Below the pieces are notes generated by a model, which was not told where the DNA came from, made no database searches, and saw only the letters and a list, made by a program, of their open reading frames with translations. This document shows positions 44,465-54,715 of a stretch of DNA of 64,000 nt, one piece after another. The DNA is from an uncultured Alphaproteobacteria bacterium. Lineage in GTDB: Bacteria > Pseudomonadota > Alphaproteobacteria > RF32 > CAG-239. The number at the start of each line of letters is the position of its first letter. Within the stretch, counting starts at the first letter, position 1. The translations under genes were made by a program, and so were the position numbers. Where the stretch lies: contig CALXVR010000004.1 in NCBI GenBank assembly GCA_944392155.1, forward strand, positions 9,645-73,644. The letters are read 5' to 3'.

Positions 44465-45415
44465 ATGGGAAAGCTCAAGAAATTAACCGAAAAACTTTTT
44501 AAGCCGAAAGATGTTAAGCCTTTGGGCAACGGCTTGTATGCTTCTTTGGAAGAGTTGATGGAGCAACGCCGCTTTGTGCCTTATCTAAAAAACTATCAAT
44601 TCAGCAATGTGGTATCGGCCCGAGCCGGAGATGTGAAATCGGCATTTAAGGGACGGGGAATGGAGTTTGAGGAGATTCGGAGCTATGCTTTCGGTGATGA
44701 TGTCCGCGATATTGACTGGCGGGTTACGGCACGCAAGCAAAAGCCTTATACCAAGCTTTTTGCCGAAGAAAAAGACCGCGAGATTTATGTTTTGTTGGAT
44801 TTATCCGCCTCTATGGTCTTTGGTACCAAAGTTGAGCTAAAATCAGTAGCGGCGGCAAAAATTGCAGCGTTGTTCGGTTGGTTGAGCTTGGAAAACAAGG
44901 ACAGATTCGGTTGTTTGATTTATGACGGCAAGGAAACTTATGTCTTTAAGCCCCAAAACAGTCGAGCCGGAATGATGGCGGTATTGAAAAAAATCTCAGA
45001 GGTTAGTGCTTTGGTTCTAAAACAAAGCAACGAGGGACGATTGGCTAAGCCTTTGCAGGTTTTGCAAGCCGGACTTAAGAGTCGGGCGGCGGTCTTTGTC
45101 ATCAGCGATTTTTACGGCTTTGACGAGGCAGATAAAAAAGCCTTGGCAACCTTGAGCAAAAAAGCTCAAGTTTATTGTGTGAATGTTTATGACGTGTTGG
45201 AAGATAATGCGCCCAAAGCCGGGGAATATATGGCGGCGGAAGGCAAGGAACGCGTGGTTTTTGAAACAAAGTCTAAGGGTTTTCGCAATACGTATCACGC
45301 GTATTTTGCCGCCAAACGCCAAGCTTTGCGCGATTTTTGCCGCAAGTTTGCTTGCCGGTATATTCCGGTACGTACAGATGAAGGACCTTTTTATAAAATT
45401 TTAATGCACCGCTAG
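44465..45415 (+). CDS. DUF58 (vWA-like) protein, MoxR partner
   Basis: 316 aa. RSYAFGDDVRDIDWRVTARK followed by VLLDLSASM. Confidence 0.85.
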   Translation: MGKLKKLTEKLFKPKDVKPLGNGLYASLEELMEQRRFVPYLKNYQFSNVVSARAGDVKSAFKGRGMEFEEIRSYAFGDDVRDIDWRVTARKQKPYTKLFAEEKDREIYVLLDLSASMVFGTKVELKSVAAAKIAALFGWLSLENKDRFGCLIYDGKETYVFKPQNSRAGMMAVLKKISEVSALVLKQSNEGRLAKPLQVLQAGLKSRAAVFVISDFYGFDEADKKALATLSKKAQVYCVNVYDVLEDNAPKAGEYMAAEGKERVVFETKSKGFRNTYHAYFAAKRQALRDFCRKFACRYIPVRTDEGPFYKILMHR

Positions 45416-45511
45416 AGGCTTTTTTGAGCGGGGAATCTTGACAGTTTGGGGCAAAAGTGATATGTCTTAAGCTAAATTATTTTGTAACTATAATTTGAAA
45501 AGAGAAAAAAT

Positions 45512-46480
45512 ATGGTTAAATCAAACGAAAATAGTGCATATAAAAGAGGGCAAGAATTGCTTGACCAAGGGTTGTATAAAGAAGCGATTGAGCAGTTTGA
45601 TATCGCAATCAACGAACAACCTAAATCGTGGAAGGCGCTTAACAGCAAAGGCTTCGCTTATCAGAAAATGAGTCGGTATACTGATGCCGTGGAGTGTTTT
45701 GATAAGGCATTGCAGATTAATCCGCAATCGGTCGAGGTGCTGAATAATAAGGGCGTTACATTAAGTATGCGCGGCTTGTATAAAGACGCGATTGCATGCT
45801 TTGATGAAGCTGTGGCTATTGATCAGACCTCATTGGAGGCGCTGAACGGCAAAGCCATTGCGCTTCAACATATGTTCTCTTACAAAGAAGCTCTGGATGT
45901 TTTGGAGCAGGCAATGAAAATTGACAACAAGCATACTCAGACCTTGTTGAGCATTGCCGTTACGTTACAAAAACTGAAACAGTACGAACGTGCTATTTCT
46001 TTCTTCAAAAAAGTTTTATCTAACGACAAAACCAATATTAAGGCTTGGAACGGTGTCGGTGTTACCTATCAGTTGATGGGCGACAATAACTCCGCTTTGA
46101 AATGTTTTACCAAGATTTTGAATATTGACAGCCATGAAATTCAGGCATGGATCAGTATCGGTTTTGTTTATCAAAAAATGCTTAAGTTTAATGATGCGTT
46201 GAAGTGCTATAAAAAAGCGCAGATGATGATTAATAATCGTTATCATCATAAATTATATGACGGTTTGGCAAGTTGCTTGACCAAGTTGTCAGAGTTTGAC
46301 CAAGCGATTGAGGTTTATAAGCAGATTTTTCAGCGTGAGGAAGGTAAGAAAAAATGGGATGCACAGCGCTCCATTAAGTTTGTGAATAAGCTTAAGCGCA
46401 AAAAGGCTATCGGTACATTGAATGTTCCGGGAAGCGCACCGGCGGGTGATGCGGCTCCTGCAGAAGGTGAGGGCGAATAG
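45512..46480 (+). CDS. TPR-repeat protein
   Basis: 322 aa with about 7 consecutive canonical TPR units (..A...F.KAL.I.P....A.N.KG...), followed by a basic/Ala-Gly tail. Confidence 0.8.
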   Translation: MVKSNENSAYKRGQELLDQGLYKEAIEQFDIAINEQPKSWKALNSKGFAYQKMSRYTDAVECFDKALQINPQSVEVLNNKGVTLSMRGLYKDAIACFDEAVAIDQTSLEALNGKAIALQHMFSYKEALDVLEQAMKIDNKHTQTLLSIAVTLQKLKQYERAISFFKKVLSNDKTNIKAWNGVGVTYQLMGDNNSALKCFTKILNIDSHEIQAWISIGFVYQKMLKFNDALKCYKKAQMMINNRYHHKLYDGLASCLTKLSEFDQAIEVYKQIFQREEGKKKWDAQRSIKFVNKLKRKKAIGTLNVPGSAPAGDAAPAEGEGE

Positions 46481-46500
46481 CTTATCGGATAATCGAAATT

Positions 46501-46531
46501 AAAAAGGCTCTGTGAAAACAGAGCCTTTTTT
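46501..46531 (+). terminator. Rho-independent terminator
   Basis: AAAAAGGCTCTG-TGAAAA-CAGAGCCTTTTTT. Confidence 0.8.
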
Positions 46532-46632
46532 CTTGACGTAAATTTGACAAAATGCATTGACGGGTTAGCCTGATTGTGCTATGTTCTGTTTTAAGTGATT
46601 AGATATATGTTAATTTTTATGTTTAACTAAAA

Positions 46633-46830
46633 ATGTTTCGTATGAAAAAGTTAAAATTTTTTGGCAGTTTGATTGCTGCTCTTTATTGTGTTTTTTTCGG
46701 AATTTTAGTTGCTGTTACGGTTACTGAAGTTCCAGAAAAGTGGTATTTATTCGGCATTAGCTTAATCGCGGCCGGATTTTATTTTGGTTTCACTTGGAGT
46801 AATAGACCGAGTCAGTGGTGGCTTTGCTAG
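46633..46830 (+). CDS. Small 2-TM membrane protein
   Basis: 65-aa ORF with two hydrophobic segments. Coding status is not independently supported. Confidence 0.45.
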   Translation: MFRMKKLKFFGSLIAALYCVFFGILVAVTVTEVPEKWYLFGISLIAAGFYFGFTWSNRPSQWWLC

Positions 46831-46963
46831 TTAGTTCCAAACAAACCGTACAAAAGTCTCTTAGCTTTTTAGCCAAGAGGCTTTTTTTTGTGTTCAGACT
46901 TGAAAGCTGTTAAAAGGTGATTATGTGTATCGGCGTAAGAATCTTTTTTGTTAGGAGACTGAA

Positions 46964-47122
46964 ATGGGAATGGTTTTAAAATATATTTTTTATATTGCTT
47001 TATTGGTTGTTGTCAGTTGGGTTGGTTTTACGGCTTATGAAGCTTGGAATGCCGAAGAGAATGCTCCCGAAGTTGTCGGTGTAGTTGAAGTTCAGGAAAC
47101 AACGATGGGACAACAACAGTAA
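46964..47122 (+). CDS. Small single-TM protein (52 aa; below the ORF-track cutoff)
   Basis: AGGAGACTGAA-ATG gives MGMVLKYIFYIALLVVVSWVGFTAYEAWNAEENAPEVVGVVEVQETTMGQQQ*. A strong terminator follows. Confidence 0.5.
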   Translation: MGMVLKYIFYIALLVVVSWVGFTAYEAWNAEENAPEVVGVVEVQETTMGQQQ

Positions 47123-47123
47123 T

Positions 47124-47150
47124 AAAAAACCCCGCATTTGCGGGGCTTTT
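47124..47150. terminator. Bidirectional rho-independent terminator
   Basis: AAAAAACCCCGCA-TTT-GCGGGGCTTTTT between the small ORF (+) and mlaC (-). Confidence 0.8.
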
Positions 47151-47156
47151 TATTTT

Positions 47157-47762
47157 TTATGCTTTCTTGGTTTTGTTTTGCAAATCCTTAATCAAGTCAT
47201 CAATGCCGCCGGGGGCTGTCTTTATATAAGCCGTATATTCGTTGCGAGCGGTGATGGCTAAGCTGACGTTCTCGATGATGATGTCAACAATTTTGAAGTT
47301 GTCTCCGGTTTGCTTAACACGCCAGACAACTTTTGCAGGTTCCCCTTGATCCATCGGTACAACAGAATTTACAAAAACCTGATTGGCAGAGTTAGATGGG
47401 GTTGTGCCTTTGAAAATGAAGTTTTTGCCTTTGAATTCATCAAAACGTTGAGACCATGTTTTGATGTTGAGCTCACGATAGGCGCTGATAAATTCTTTTT
47501 TCTGTTCAGCAGTGGCTGTTCTCCAATAACGTCCCAAAACAAACTGACCAATGAAGTTCAAATCCAAGGCATTGTTGAAAAGCTTTTCAAAGCGCTCATC
47601 TTTAACGCTTTGTGATACATTGGCGTTGATAATTTCTTCGATGCCTTCTTTGGTTACCTTTTGTACGAATTCTTCAGCTTTTGCAGCATCAACAGCCGCA
47701 TTTGCCGTAGCTGAAAACATAAAGATTGAGGCAAAGATTGCAGCAAATAAGTTCTTTTTCAT
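47157..47762 (-). CDS. mlaC: MlaC (Ttg2D/toluene-tolerance family) periplasmic phospholipid-binding protein
   Basis: 201 aa with a signal peptide. FIGQFVLGRYWRTATAEQKKEF and KIVDIIIENVSL fit the MlaC family pattern. Adjacent to mlaA. Confidence 0.8.
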   Translation of the reverse strand: MKKNLFAAIFASIFMFSATANAAVDAAKAEEFVQKVTKEGIEEIINANVSQSVKDERFEKLFNNALDLNFIGQFVLGRYWRTATAEQKKEFISAYRELNIKTWSQRFDEFKGKNFIFKGTTPSNSANQVFVNSVVPMDQGEPAKVVWRVKQTGDNFKIVDIIIENVSLAITARNEYTAYIKTAPGGIDDLIKDLQNKTKKA

Positions 47763-47783
47763 ATTTTTGTGTTCTCCAGTTCG

Positions 47784-48611
47784 TTAGTTGTTCATTTCAT
47801 CAAAAATCTGATCTTCTTCTTCAAAGCCAAAGTCAAAGTCATAAGAGATGTTTTCATCGCCGTTTATGCAGTTTTGATTTTGACGATTTTGTAAGAATGC
47901 AGAACGCATCGTGGTATAATAATCAACTGAATTTCTTTCCAGATCATCCAGCAAATCAAGTGCGGATTCACGAAGCGCAATAACCGAAACAGCTGAATAT
48001 CCGTAGTAAATCTTGTCTTTGACGTCTGCCGGGGCGTTTAATGTTGCCAGATAAACCGGATTGGTCAGACTGTCGACTGCCAGACCTACCGTCGAACGAG
48101 GTGTTGCTGGACCTAACAACGGTAAAACAATGAATGGTCCATCTTTTATGCACCATTTTGCCAATGTTTCGTCAAAGCCTGCTTTGGATGGTTTTAAGCC
48201 CCAGCCTCCTGCGACATCATACATGCCAGCCAAGCCTAAGGTGGAGTTAATCACTAAACGAGATAAATTGATGCCACTTTCTTTAATCTCGCCTTGCAGC
48301 AAGTGGTTGAAGGCAGAGATTGGTTCTTTGATGTTGGCAAGAGCGTTGTTTACGCGTTCACGAATGTATGGCGTTGTGATGGCTCTGTAACCTTTGGCTG
48401 TCGGTTTTAAGATATATTTGTCAACCTGATAGTTGAACTCAAACATTTTACGATTGTATGCTTCAAGTGTCGGATGTTCGTCCGCGGGCATAGATGAAGT
48501 TCTGTCATTCGGGTTGGCGCAGGACGCGGTTGTCAGTGCAATGAGAGAACAAGCTGCAAAAATACTATATATTCCACGCACGGGGTAATTCCTTATTCTG
48601 GGTTTTTGCAA
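47784..48611 (-). CDS. mlaA: MlaA/VacJ outer-membrane lipoprotein
   Basis: 275 aa. Lipobox LTTASC, NRKMFEFNYQVDKYILKPTAKGY, and GPFIVLPLLGP. The track start is TTG 48611. A GTG at 48581 with an AAGGA RBS is an alternative. Confidence 0.85.
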   Translation of the reverse strand: MQKPRIRNYPVRGIYSIFAACSLIALTTASCANPNDRTSSMPADEHPTLEAYNRKMFEFNYQVDKYILKPTAKGYRAITTPYIRERVNNALANIKEPISAFNHLLQGEIKESGINLSRLVINSTLGLAGMYDVAGGWGLKPSKAGFDETLAKWCIKDGPFIVLPLLGPATPRSTVGLAVDSLTNPVYLATLNAPADVKDKIYYGYSAVSVIALRESALDLLDDLERNSVDYYTTMRSAFLQNRQNQNCINGDENISYDFDFGFEEEDQIFDEMNN

Positions 48612-48781
48612 AAATTATTCTAAATATAGCAGTAAATTTAAGTAAATCAATAGATTTGTTTATTTTGGGATGAATGGGAATGTTTCTTTTGTTACAAAGC
48701 GGAAATTTTTTGTGTTTTGCATTCGGTTTTTTTTTGCCCTAGTATCACTTTCAGTTAAAACTTACAACGAAAAGGAATTTT

Positions 48782-49945
48782 ATGATGACTAATAAACCTT
48801 CTAAACCGATTAATTTGTTCGATGTTCAAGCTTCGCAGAAAGTAATCGGTCAGGAAAACTTCTTGAAAGCTTTTGAAACAATTTTGAACCACGGTGGTTA
48901 TGCTCAGGGTCCTGAGTGCCGCGAGCTGGATGAAAAATTGGCCGCTTATTCCGGCACACAATATTGCTCTACTTGCGGTTCCGGTACGGATGCTTTGACC
49001 CTTGCTTTGATGGCTTGGGATGTTAAGCCGGGTGATGCCGTATTCGTTTCTTCTTTCACATTCGTTGCTTCTGCTGAATGTGTTGCTATCGTTGGTGCTA
49101 CCCCGATATTTGTTGATTCTGATCCTAATACCTATACTATGGATCCGAAAGACTTGGAGAAGGCTATTGCCAATGTTAAGAAAGAAGGCAAGCTTAACCT
49201 TAAGGCCGTTATTGCCGTAGATATCTTCGGTAACCCCTGCAATTATGATGAGATTATGAAAATTGCTCACTCTAACGGTATGAAAGTTTTGTCAGACGCT
49301 GCTCAAAGTTATGGTTCTGAATATCATGGCAAACGTGCAGGTAACATTGCTGATATGACAGCTACAAGCTTCTATCCGACAAAACCGTTGGCCGGATATG
49401 GTGATGGTGGTGCCGTATTTACGAATAATGTTGCTGAAAATGATTTGGTTAAGTCTTGCCGTGTTCACGGTATGAGCCCTGAAGACCACTATGATAATGT
49501 TCGCTTGGGTATGACAGGCCGTATGAACTCTTTCCAAGCAGCCGTTATTTTGCAAAAATTGAAAGTATTTGAGCAAGAGCTTAAAGACCGCTATACAATT
49601 GCAAAGCGCTATGATGACGGTTTGGACGCTTATTTTGGTAAACAGAAGATTTTGGATAACTGCAAATCAGCTTATGCTCTTTATACCATTACCTGCGAAG
49701 ATCGCGATGAGTTGATGGCTTATTTGAAGGAAAATGGTATTCCTTGCGGAGCTTATTATCCGCGTCCGGTTAATACACAGACAGCTTATGCTAAGTGGAA
49801 TACTCGTTCATTGCCGGTTTGCGAAAAGTTGGCTAAGACTGTTTTGAGTATCCCGATGCATCCGTATTTGGATAAGGAATCTCAAGATTATGTTATTGAG
49901 ACAATGAATGCTTTTGCCGCTAAAAAAAACTCTAAAGCAGCATAG
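48782..49945 (+). CDS. DegT/DnrJ/EryC1/StrS-family PLP-dependent sugar aminotransferase
   Basis: 387 aa. GSGTDALTLAL, and SFYPTKPLAGYGDGGAV with the Schiff-base Lys context. Confidence 0.85.
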   Translation: MMTNKPSKPINLFDVQASQKVIGQENFLKAFETILNHGGYAQGPECRELDEKLAAYSGTQYCSTCGSGTDALTLALMAWDVKPGDAVFVSSFTFVASAECVAIVGATPIFVDSDPNTYTMDPKDLEKAIANVKKEGKLNLKAVIAVDIFGNPCNYDEIMKIAHSNGMKVLSDAAQSYGSEYHGKRAGNIADMTATSFYPTKPLAGYGDGGAVFTNNVAENDLVKSCRVHGMSPEDHYDNVRLGMTGRMNSFQAAVILQKLKVFEQELKDRYTIAKRYDDGLDAYFGKQKILDNCKSAYALYTITCEDRDELMAYLKENGIPCGAYYPRPVNTQTAYAKWNTRSLPVCEKLAKTVLSIPMHPYLDKESQDYVIETMNAFAAKKNSKAA

Positions 49946-49962
49946 CTCTTATTAGGTTCAAG

Positions 49963-49994
49963 AAAAACTCCGCAGAATTTGCGGAGTTTTTTTT
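49963..49994. terminator. Bidirectional rho-independent terminator
   Basis: AAAAACTCCGC-AGAATTT-GCGGAGTTTTTTTT. Confidence 0.8.
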
Positions 49995-49998
49995 GTGG

Positions 49999-50730
49999 TT
50001 AGTTTTGAGAATAAAACTTTTCGTAAATCTTTAGATAAATGATAATTTGAATTAGGCTCATAGTGGCGGAAACTGCAGCAACAACTCCGGCTGAATATCC
50101 CCTGAATAAAAGTATTGTCAGTGGCAAAATGCCATAAATGAGCAAAAACATAAATATTAGACGGAGGTAGTTGCCTTTGGTGCGGGCAAAGCTTCTGGTA
50201 ATGGAAGAATCGCGTCCGATGATGGCGGATATCCAAGCAAAGGCAGGAATGAAAAATGTGAAACTCAGAATCACAAATACAAAGGCGGATAAAAACCATG
50301 TGAAGTATGGGGAAACAAGAATATTGATGTATATGTCGCGCAGTTGTTCATAGGTTTCCGGAAATGCTTTTAATGTGCCGGCCAGAAAAAACAGAATCTT
50401 GAAACAAATTTTTAGGATTGCGAGCGCGGCAAAAGCCAATAGAAAAATAGCAACCATTCTAATCAAGGCGTTGGCGAAGCGGCGTTTGTTTAACAAAATT
50501 TTTTGCTTAAAATAAAAACAAATGAAAAAGTAATAGAAAAAGTAGGTATAAACCAAATAGGCGAAAACAATAGGGAGGTTGGTTGAAATATTAAGCGCCT
50601 GAGCATAGTAAACAGCAGCGTAAGCTAATAGAAAAAAGCTTAGCGAAAGAATGTAGTTTTGGCGCAAAAAAAGGCAGCTGTCCCATAAAATATTTCGTAT
50701 GGATAGTTTGATGTCCATTTTTCCCTCCAA
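49999..50730 (-). CDS. Polytopic membrane protein of unknown function
   Basis: 243 aa with about 6 hydrophobic segments. No motif was recognised. Confidence 0.6.
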   Translation of the reverse strand: MEGKMDIKLSIRNILWDSCLFLRQNYILSLSFFLLAYAAVYYAQALNISTNLPIVFAYLVYTYFFYYFFICFYFKQKILLNKRRFANALIRMVAIFLLAFAALAILKICFKILFFLAGTLKAFPETYEQLRDIYINILVSPYFTWFLSAFVFVILSFTFFIPAFAWISAIIGRDSSITRSFARTKGNYLRLIFMFLLIYGILPLTILLFRGYSAGVVAAVSATMSLIQIIIYLKIYEKFYSQN

Positions 50731-50762
50731 TCAATTATACTTTATCATAACGAGAAAATAAT

Positions 50763-50792
50763 AAAAAAAACAGCCCTGAGTTCACAGGGCTG
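50763..50792 (-). terminator. Rho-independent terminator after accC
   Basis: The minus strand reads CAGCCCTG-TGAACT-CAGGGCTG followed by T8. Confidence 0.8.
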
Positions 50793-50803
50793 TTGATAGT
50801 TGT

Positions 50804-52156
50804 TTATTTTTTATTTTGTTTTAGCTTTTCCATAAACTGTTCCAGCCAGTGAATGTTATATTGTCCATCAATATATTCTGCTTGAGAAATAATTTCCTGG
50901 TGGAGCGGAATGGTTGTTTTTACGCCTTCGATGACAAACTCTTCCAAAGCGCGACGCAAACGCATCAAAGCAGCATTGCGTGTTTTGCCGTGAACAATGA
51001 GTTTGGCAATCATACTGTCGTAAAACGGTGGAATGGTATAGCCGGAATAAATTTCTGAATCTACACGAATTCCTAAACCTCCCGGAGCGTGCCATTCGGT
51101 GATTTTGCCAGGGCAGGGAACAAAGGTTTCCGGATCTTCGGCATTGATACGACACTCAATGGCGTGACCGGCAAAGGAAATGTCGTCCTGCGTATAACCC
51201 AAGGCGGCGCCGCTGGCAATGCGAATCTGCTCGCGAACAATGTCTATTCCCGTAACAGCTTCGGTTACCGGATGTTCTACTTGCAGACGAGTGTTCATTT
51301 CCATAAAGTAAAAACGACCATCTTCATACAAAAATTCTAAGGTTCCTGCATTGGTGTAGCCGATTTTCTCAATAGCTTTGCGAACAATCTCGCCAATTTC
51401 TTTTCTTTGTTGTTCATTTAATGCCGGAGAGGGGCTTTCTTCAATGACCTTTTGGTTGTTGCGTTGGATAGAACAATCGCGCTCACCCAAATGAACAACG
51501 TGACCATATTTGTCAGCCAGAATCTGCATTTCAATATGACGTGGTTTTTGGAGGTATTTTTCCATATATACCACATCGCTGGTGAAGGCCGCTTTAGCTT
51601 CGGCGCGAGCCATTGTGTAGGCTTCTTTCATTTCTTCATCGTTAAAGGCAATTTTCATACCTTTACCGCCACCGCCGGCTGTGGCTTTTACAATAACCGG
51701 ATAGCCGATTTTGTGTGCCCACTCAATAGCCATGTCAACGCTTTCCAAGGCCGGAGAACCGGGGGTTACCGGAATGCCTGCTTCCTGTGCAACTTTACGC
51801 GCAGTAATTTTGTCGCCCATCAAGCGCATTTGTTCGGCGGTAGGACCAATAAAGGTTATGCCATGGCGTTCAACCATCTCTGCAAAATCAGCGTTTTCAG
51901 AAAGAAAACCGAATCCGGGGTGGATGGCATCGGCACCTGTAATCAGCGCGGCGGAAATAATTGCCGGCTTATTTAAATAAGAATCGCTAGAGCGGGCAGG
52001 ACCAATACAAACGGCTTCATCTGCCAAACGGACGTGCATTGCATCGGCATCGGCTTCCGAATGCACGGCTACGGTTCTGATGCCCATTTCGCGGCAGGCA
52101 CGATGAATGCGAAGAGCAACTTCGCCGCGGTTGGCTATCAATACTTTTTCAAACAT
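50804..52156 (-). CDS. accC: Acetyl-CoA carboxylase biotin carboxylase subunit
   Basis: 450 aa. [17 protein letters not shown], the ATP-grasp motif GGGGKGM, and [14 protein letters not shown]. Confidence 0.95.
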   Translation of the reverse strand: MFEKVLIANRGEVALRIHRACREMGIRTVAVHSEADADAMHVRLADEAVCIGPARSSDSYLNKPAIISAALITGADAIHPGFGFLSENADFAEMVERHGITFIGPTAEQMRLMGDKITARKVAQEAGIPVTPGSPALESVDMAIEWAHKIGYPVIVKATAGGGGKGMKIAFNDEEMKEAYTMARAEAKAAFTSDVVYMEKYLQKPRHIEMQILADKYGHVVHLGERDCSIQRNNQKVIEESPSPALNEQQRKEIGEIVRKAIEKIGYTNAGTLEFLYEDGRFYFMEMNTRLQVEHPVTEAVTGIDIVREQIRIASGAALGYTQDDISFAGHAIECRINAEDPETFVPCPGKITEWHAPGGLGIRVDSEIYSGYTIPPFYDSMIAKLIVHGKTRNAALMRLRRALEEFVIEGVKTTIPLHQEIISQAEYIDGQYNIHWLEQFMEKLKQNKK

Positions 52157-52174
52157 ACGAGAATCCTAATGTTG

Positions 52175-52666
52175 TTATTCAATGATGATTAACGGTTCGC
52201 CATATTCAACAGGATCACCGCCGGCAACCAAAATCTTGGTAACCTTACCGCTCTTGTGAGCCTTAACCGGATTAAAGGTTTTCATGGCTTCAATCAAGCA
52301 AACCGTGTCGCCTTCGGTTACGGAAGAACCGACTTTAACATAGTCAGGCGAATTAGGATCAGCTGAAAGATAAACAACGCCAACCATCGGAGATTTTACG
52401 CAACCGGGGAGTTTGGCATAATCTTCATCCGAAGATGCTGCCGGAGCTGCAGGAGCGGCAATAGCGGGAGCTGCTGCGGGAGCGGGAGCAACGGGCGCCA
52501 TCGGTGCGGGCATCGGCGGAACAACCGGTGCGGCAATGCGACCGGAGAAATCTCTGGTTAGGCAGATGCGGCAACCTTCATCTTCATATTCAAGTTCGGT
52601 CAGGTTGCTTTTATCTAAAATTTCAGCCAGTTTGCTGATTACTTTTGTATCCAACGGATTTGACAT
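52175..52666 (-). CDS. accB: Biotin carboxyl carrier protein of acetyl-CoA carboxylase
   Basis: Start at ATG 52666 (the track ORF extends to 52783). Pro/Ala linker, and biotinylation motif CLIEAMKTFN. Confidence 0.92.
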   Translation of the reverse strand: MSNPLDTKVISKLAEILDKSNLTELEYEDEGCRICLTRDFSGRIAAPVVPPMPAPMAPVAPAPAAAPAIAAPAAPAASSDEDYAKLPGCVKSPMVGVVYLSADPNSPDYVKVGSSVTEGDTVCLIEAMKTFNPVKAHKSGKVTKILVAGGDPVEYGEPLIIIE

Positions 52667-52932
52667 AATTTGTTTTCTCACTTGTTTGTTAAATTCAAAA
52701 AATACTCCTAACTCATACCCCCGATTTTTGATAAAAACAACAAAAATATTCAATTTTGTGTCCAAAAATGAATATTTTTGCACAAAATTCGTAATTTTTG
52801 AGCTTTTTTTTGAATTTTTGTTTGTCTCAGTATAAGCGAGTTGTTATTCTTTTATTTATCAATTAAAAGTTATTTTTAATGTTGGTATGGTTTTTGCATT
52901 ACCTTGGGGGTTGAAATATATTAGGAGGAAAA

Positions 52933-53367
52933 ATGACGGAATATTTATGGTTGGTTTATGCTGTGCTGTCGGCAGTTATGGCGGCATTTGTCAGTATTTT
53001 CGGAAAAATCGGATTGCAAGGATTGGATGCTAATACGGCGACGGTTATCAGAGCTGTGATTATGGCTTTGTTTTTGGTGGCCGTTATGGTTGTACAAAGA
53101 AATTTCAGCCATGTTGCAGAAATCTTGTCTAATCGTAAGGCTATTACTTTTATTATATTAAGCGGTGTGGCCGGAGCGTTATCTTGGTTGTTTTACTTCG
53201 TGGCTTTAAAATACGGTAAGGTTTCTCAGGTTGCTCCCGTGGATAAGCTTAGCGTTGTTATTGCGACTGTGGTTGCCGTTCTTTTTTTGGGAGAAAGTGT
53301 TTCTTTATTGTCGGCTTCAGGTATTGGTTTAATTACTGTCGGAATAATCATGGTTGCTCTTGGCTAA
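52933..53367 (+). CDS. Half-size EamA-domain (DMT superfamily) transporter
   Basis: 144 aa with GGAGGAAAA RBS, 4-5 TM segments and a single EamA-type repeat. Confidence 0.7.
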   Translation: MTEYLWLVYAVLSAVMAAFVSIFGKIGLQGLDANTATVIRAVIMALFLVAVMVVQRNFSHVAEILSNRKAITFIILSGVAGALSWLFYFVALKYGKVSQVAPVDKLSVVIATVVAVLFLGESVSLLSASGIGLITVGIIMVALG

Positions 53368-53420
53368 AATGGCATAAAAATTGCATGTGATTGTGTAAGG
53401 TAAATTTTGAGGTAAATAAA

Positions 53421-54644
53421 ATGGCTTTGAGTATTTTTTCTCCTTCGGTTTCCGGGCTTTATGCTCAATCGCATGCTTTGGAAACAGTGAGTATGAACTT
53501 AGCTAACGTTTCAACGACAGGTTACAAGTCGGCAGAGACGTTGTTTTATACAATGCTTGGGAATCAGCCTCTGGTACGAGAAAATGCAAGCGGTTTATCT
53601 TCTTCACGTGTCGATGTGAACGGTGTCGGTTATTATGATCGTACAAGTATTACGGTCGGAGGAACCATCTCGTCCACGGGAAAACCGTTTGATGTGGCGA
53701 TTGAGGCCGGTAATAATGCATTTTTTGCCGTTAGGAATTCTTTGAACCAGACCTATTATTCTCGAGCCGGAGATTTTTCTACCCGAAGCGAGAACGGAAC
53801 TATTTATTTGGTTAACTCCAGCGGATATTATGTTCAAGGGTTTGAGGCAAATGAAGACGGAACGTTTAGTTCTTCTCTTTCCGATTTAACTATTAAATAT
53901 CCCGATAGTATTCCGGCGGTGGAAACAACTCAGATGGAAATTTCTGCCAATGTGCCGGCGGATGTTGATAACAGCAGTTACGGTTTAACTTTTTATGGTC
54001 CGAATAATCAGGAAAAAACCGTTAATATGCTTTTCCAAAAGGTAGAGGGACAGAACAATGTTTGGAATGTTACCTTCAATATGGAGGGGGGGACAGTTAC
54101 TCCAACAGAGCCTTTGGAAGTTGTGTTTGATGAAAAGGGCGGTTTACTTTCTCCCAAGACATTTAATGTTAATGTTACTTGGCCGGACGGAAGCAGCAGT
54201 AGTGTGGCTATGGATATTTCTCCCATGACTCAATATGCGGGAAGTTCTGAGATTGTTAATGTATCTCAAGACGGTCGTATAGGAGGAGATTATCAATACA
54301 CATATATTGATAGCGGTGGCGTGATACAATCTAAGTATACAAACGGGGAGACTATTGCCAGCGGAAAATTGGCTTTGGTTGGTTTTTCTTCTCCGGAGAA
54401 TCTTATTCCGATAAGCGGAACTCTTTTTGAGGCTTCTAATGATGCCGGCGAAAGTTATTTTGTAATAGATTCAACATCAAACGATAATACGGCGTTTAGA
54501 TCGGAATCTTTGGAAAATTCTAACGTTGATCCCTCAAAAGAATTTTCGAATTTGATTGTAGTGCAGCGTGCGTATAATTTGAATGGTACAGCTTTTACAA
54601 CAGCGAACGAAATGACGCAGACGGTTGTAAATTTAAAATCATAA
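53421..54644 (+). CDS. flgE: Flagellar hook protein FlgE
   Basis: Start at ATG 53421 (the track start is TTG 53391). The N-terminal rod/hook motif is SGLYAQSHALETVSMNLANVSTTGYK, and the C-terminus is IVVQRAYNLNGTAFTTANEMTQTVVNL. At 407 aa the size fits hook rather than rod proteins. Confidence 0.82.
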   Translation: MALSIFSPSVSGLYAQSHALETVSMNLANVSTTGYKSAETLFYTMLGNQPLVRENASGLSSSRVDVNGVGYYDRTSITVGGTISSTGKPFDVAIEAGNNAFFAVRNSLNQTYYSRAGDFSTRSENGTIYLVNSSGYYVQGFEANEDGTFSSSLSDLTIKYPDSIPAVETTQMEISANVPADVDNSSYGLTFYGPNNQEKTVNMLFQKVEGQNNVWNVTFNMEGGTVTPTEPLEVVFDEKGGLLSPKTFNVNVTWPDGSSSSVAMDISPMTQYAGSSEIVNVSQDGRIGGDYQYTYIDSGGVIQSKYTNGETIASGKLALVGFSSPENLIPISGTLFEASNDAGESYFVIDSTSNDNTAFRSESLENSNVDPSKEFSNLIVVQRAYNLNGTAFTTANEMTQTVVNLKS

Positions 54645-54715
54645 TTAATAATATTTGACAAAAAACACCCTTTTGTTTATATTTTGACAATAATATTGCA
54701 GAAGGGTGTTTTCTT

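Noticed and set aside
54086-54092. G7 homopolymer inside flgE (ATG GAG GGG GGG ACA) as a phase-variation switch
   Set aside because: Seven G residues is shorter than the tracts (8 or more) usually associated with high-frequency switching. There is no evidence of length heterogeneity in a single sequence, so it is noted only.
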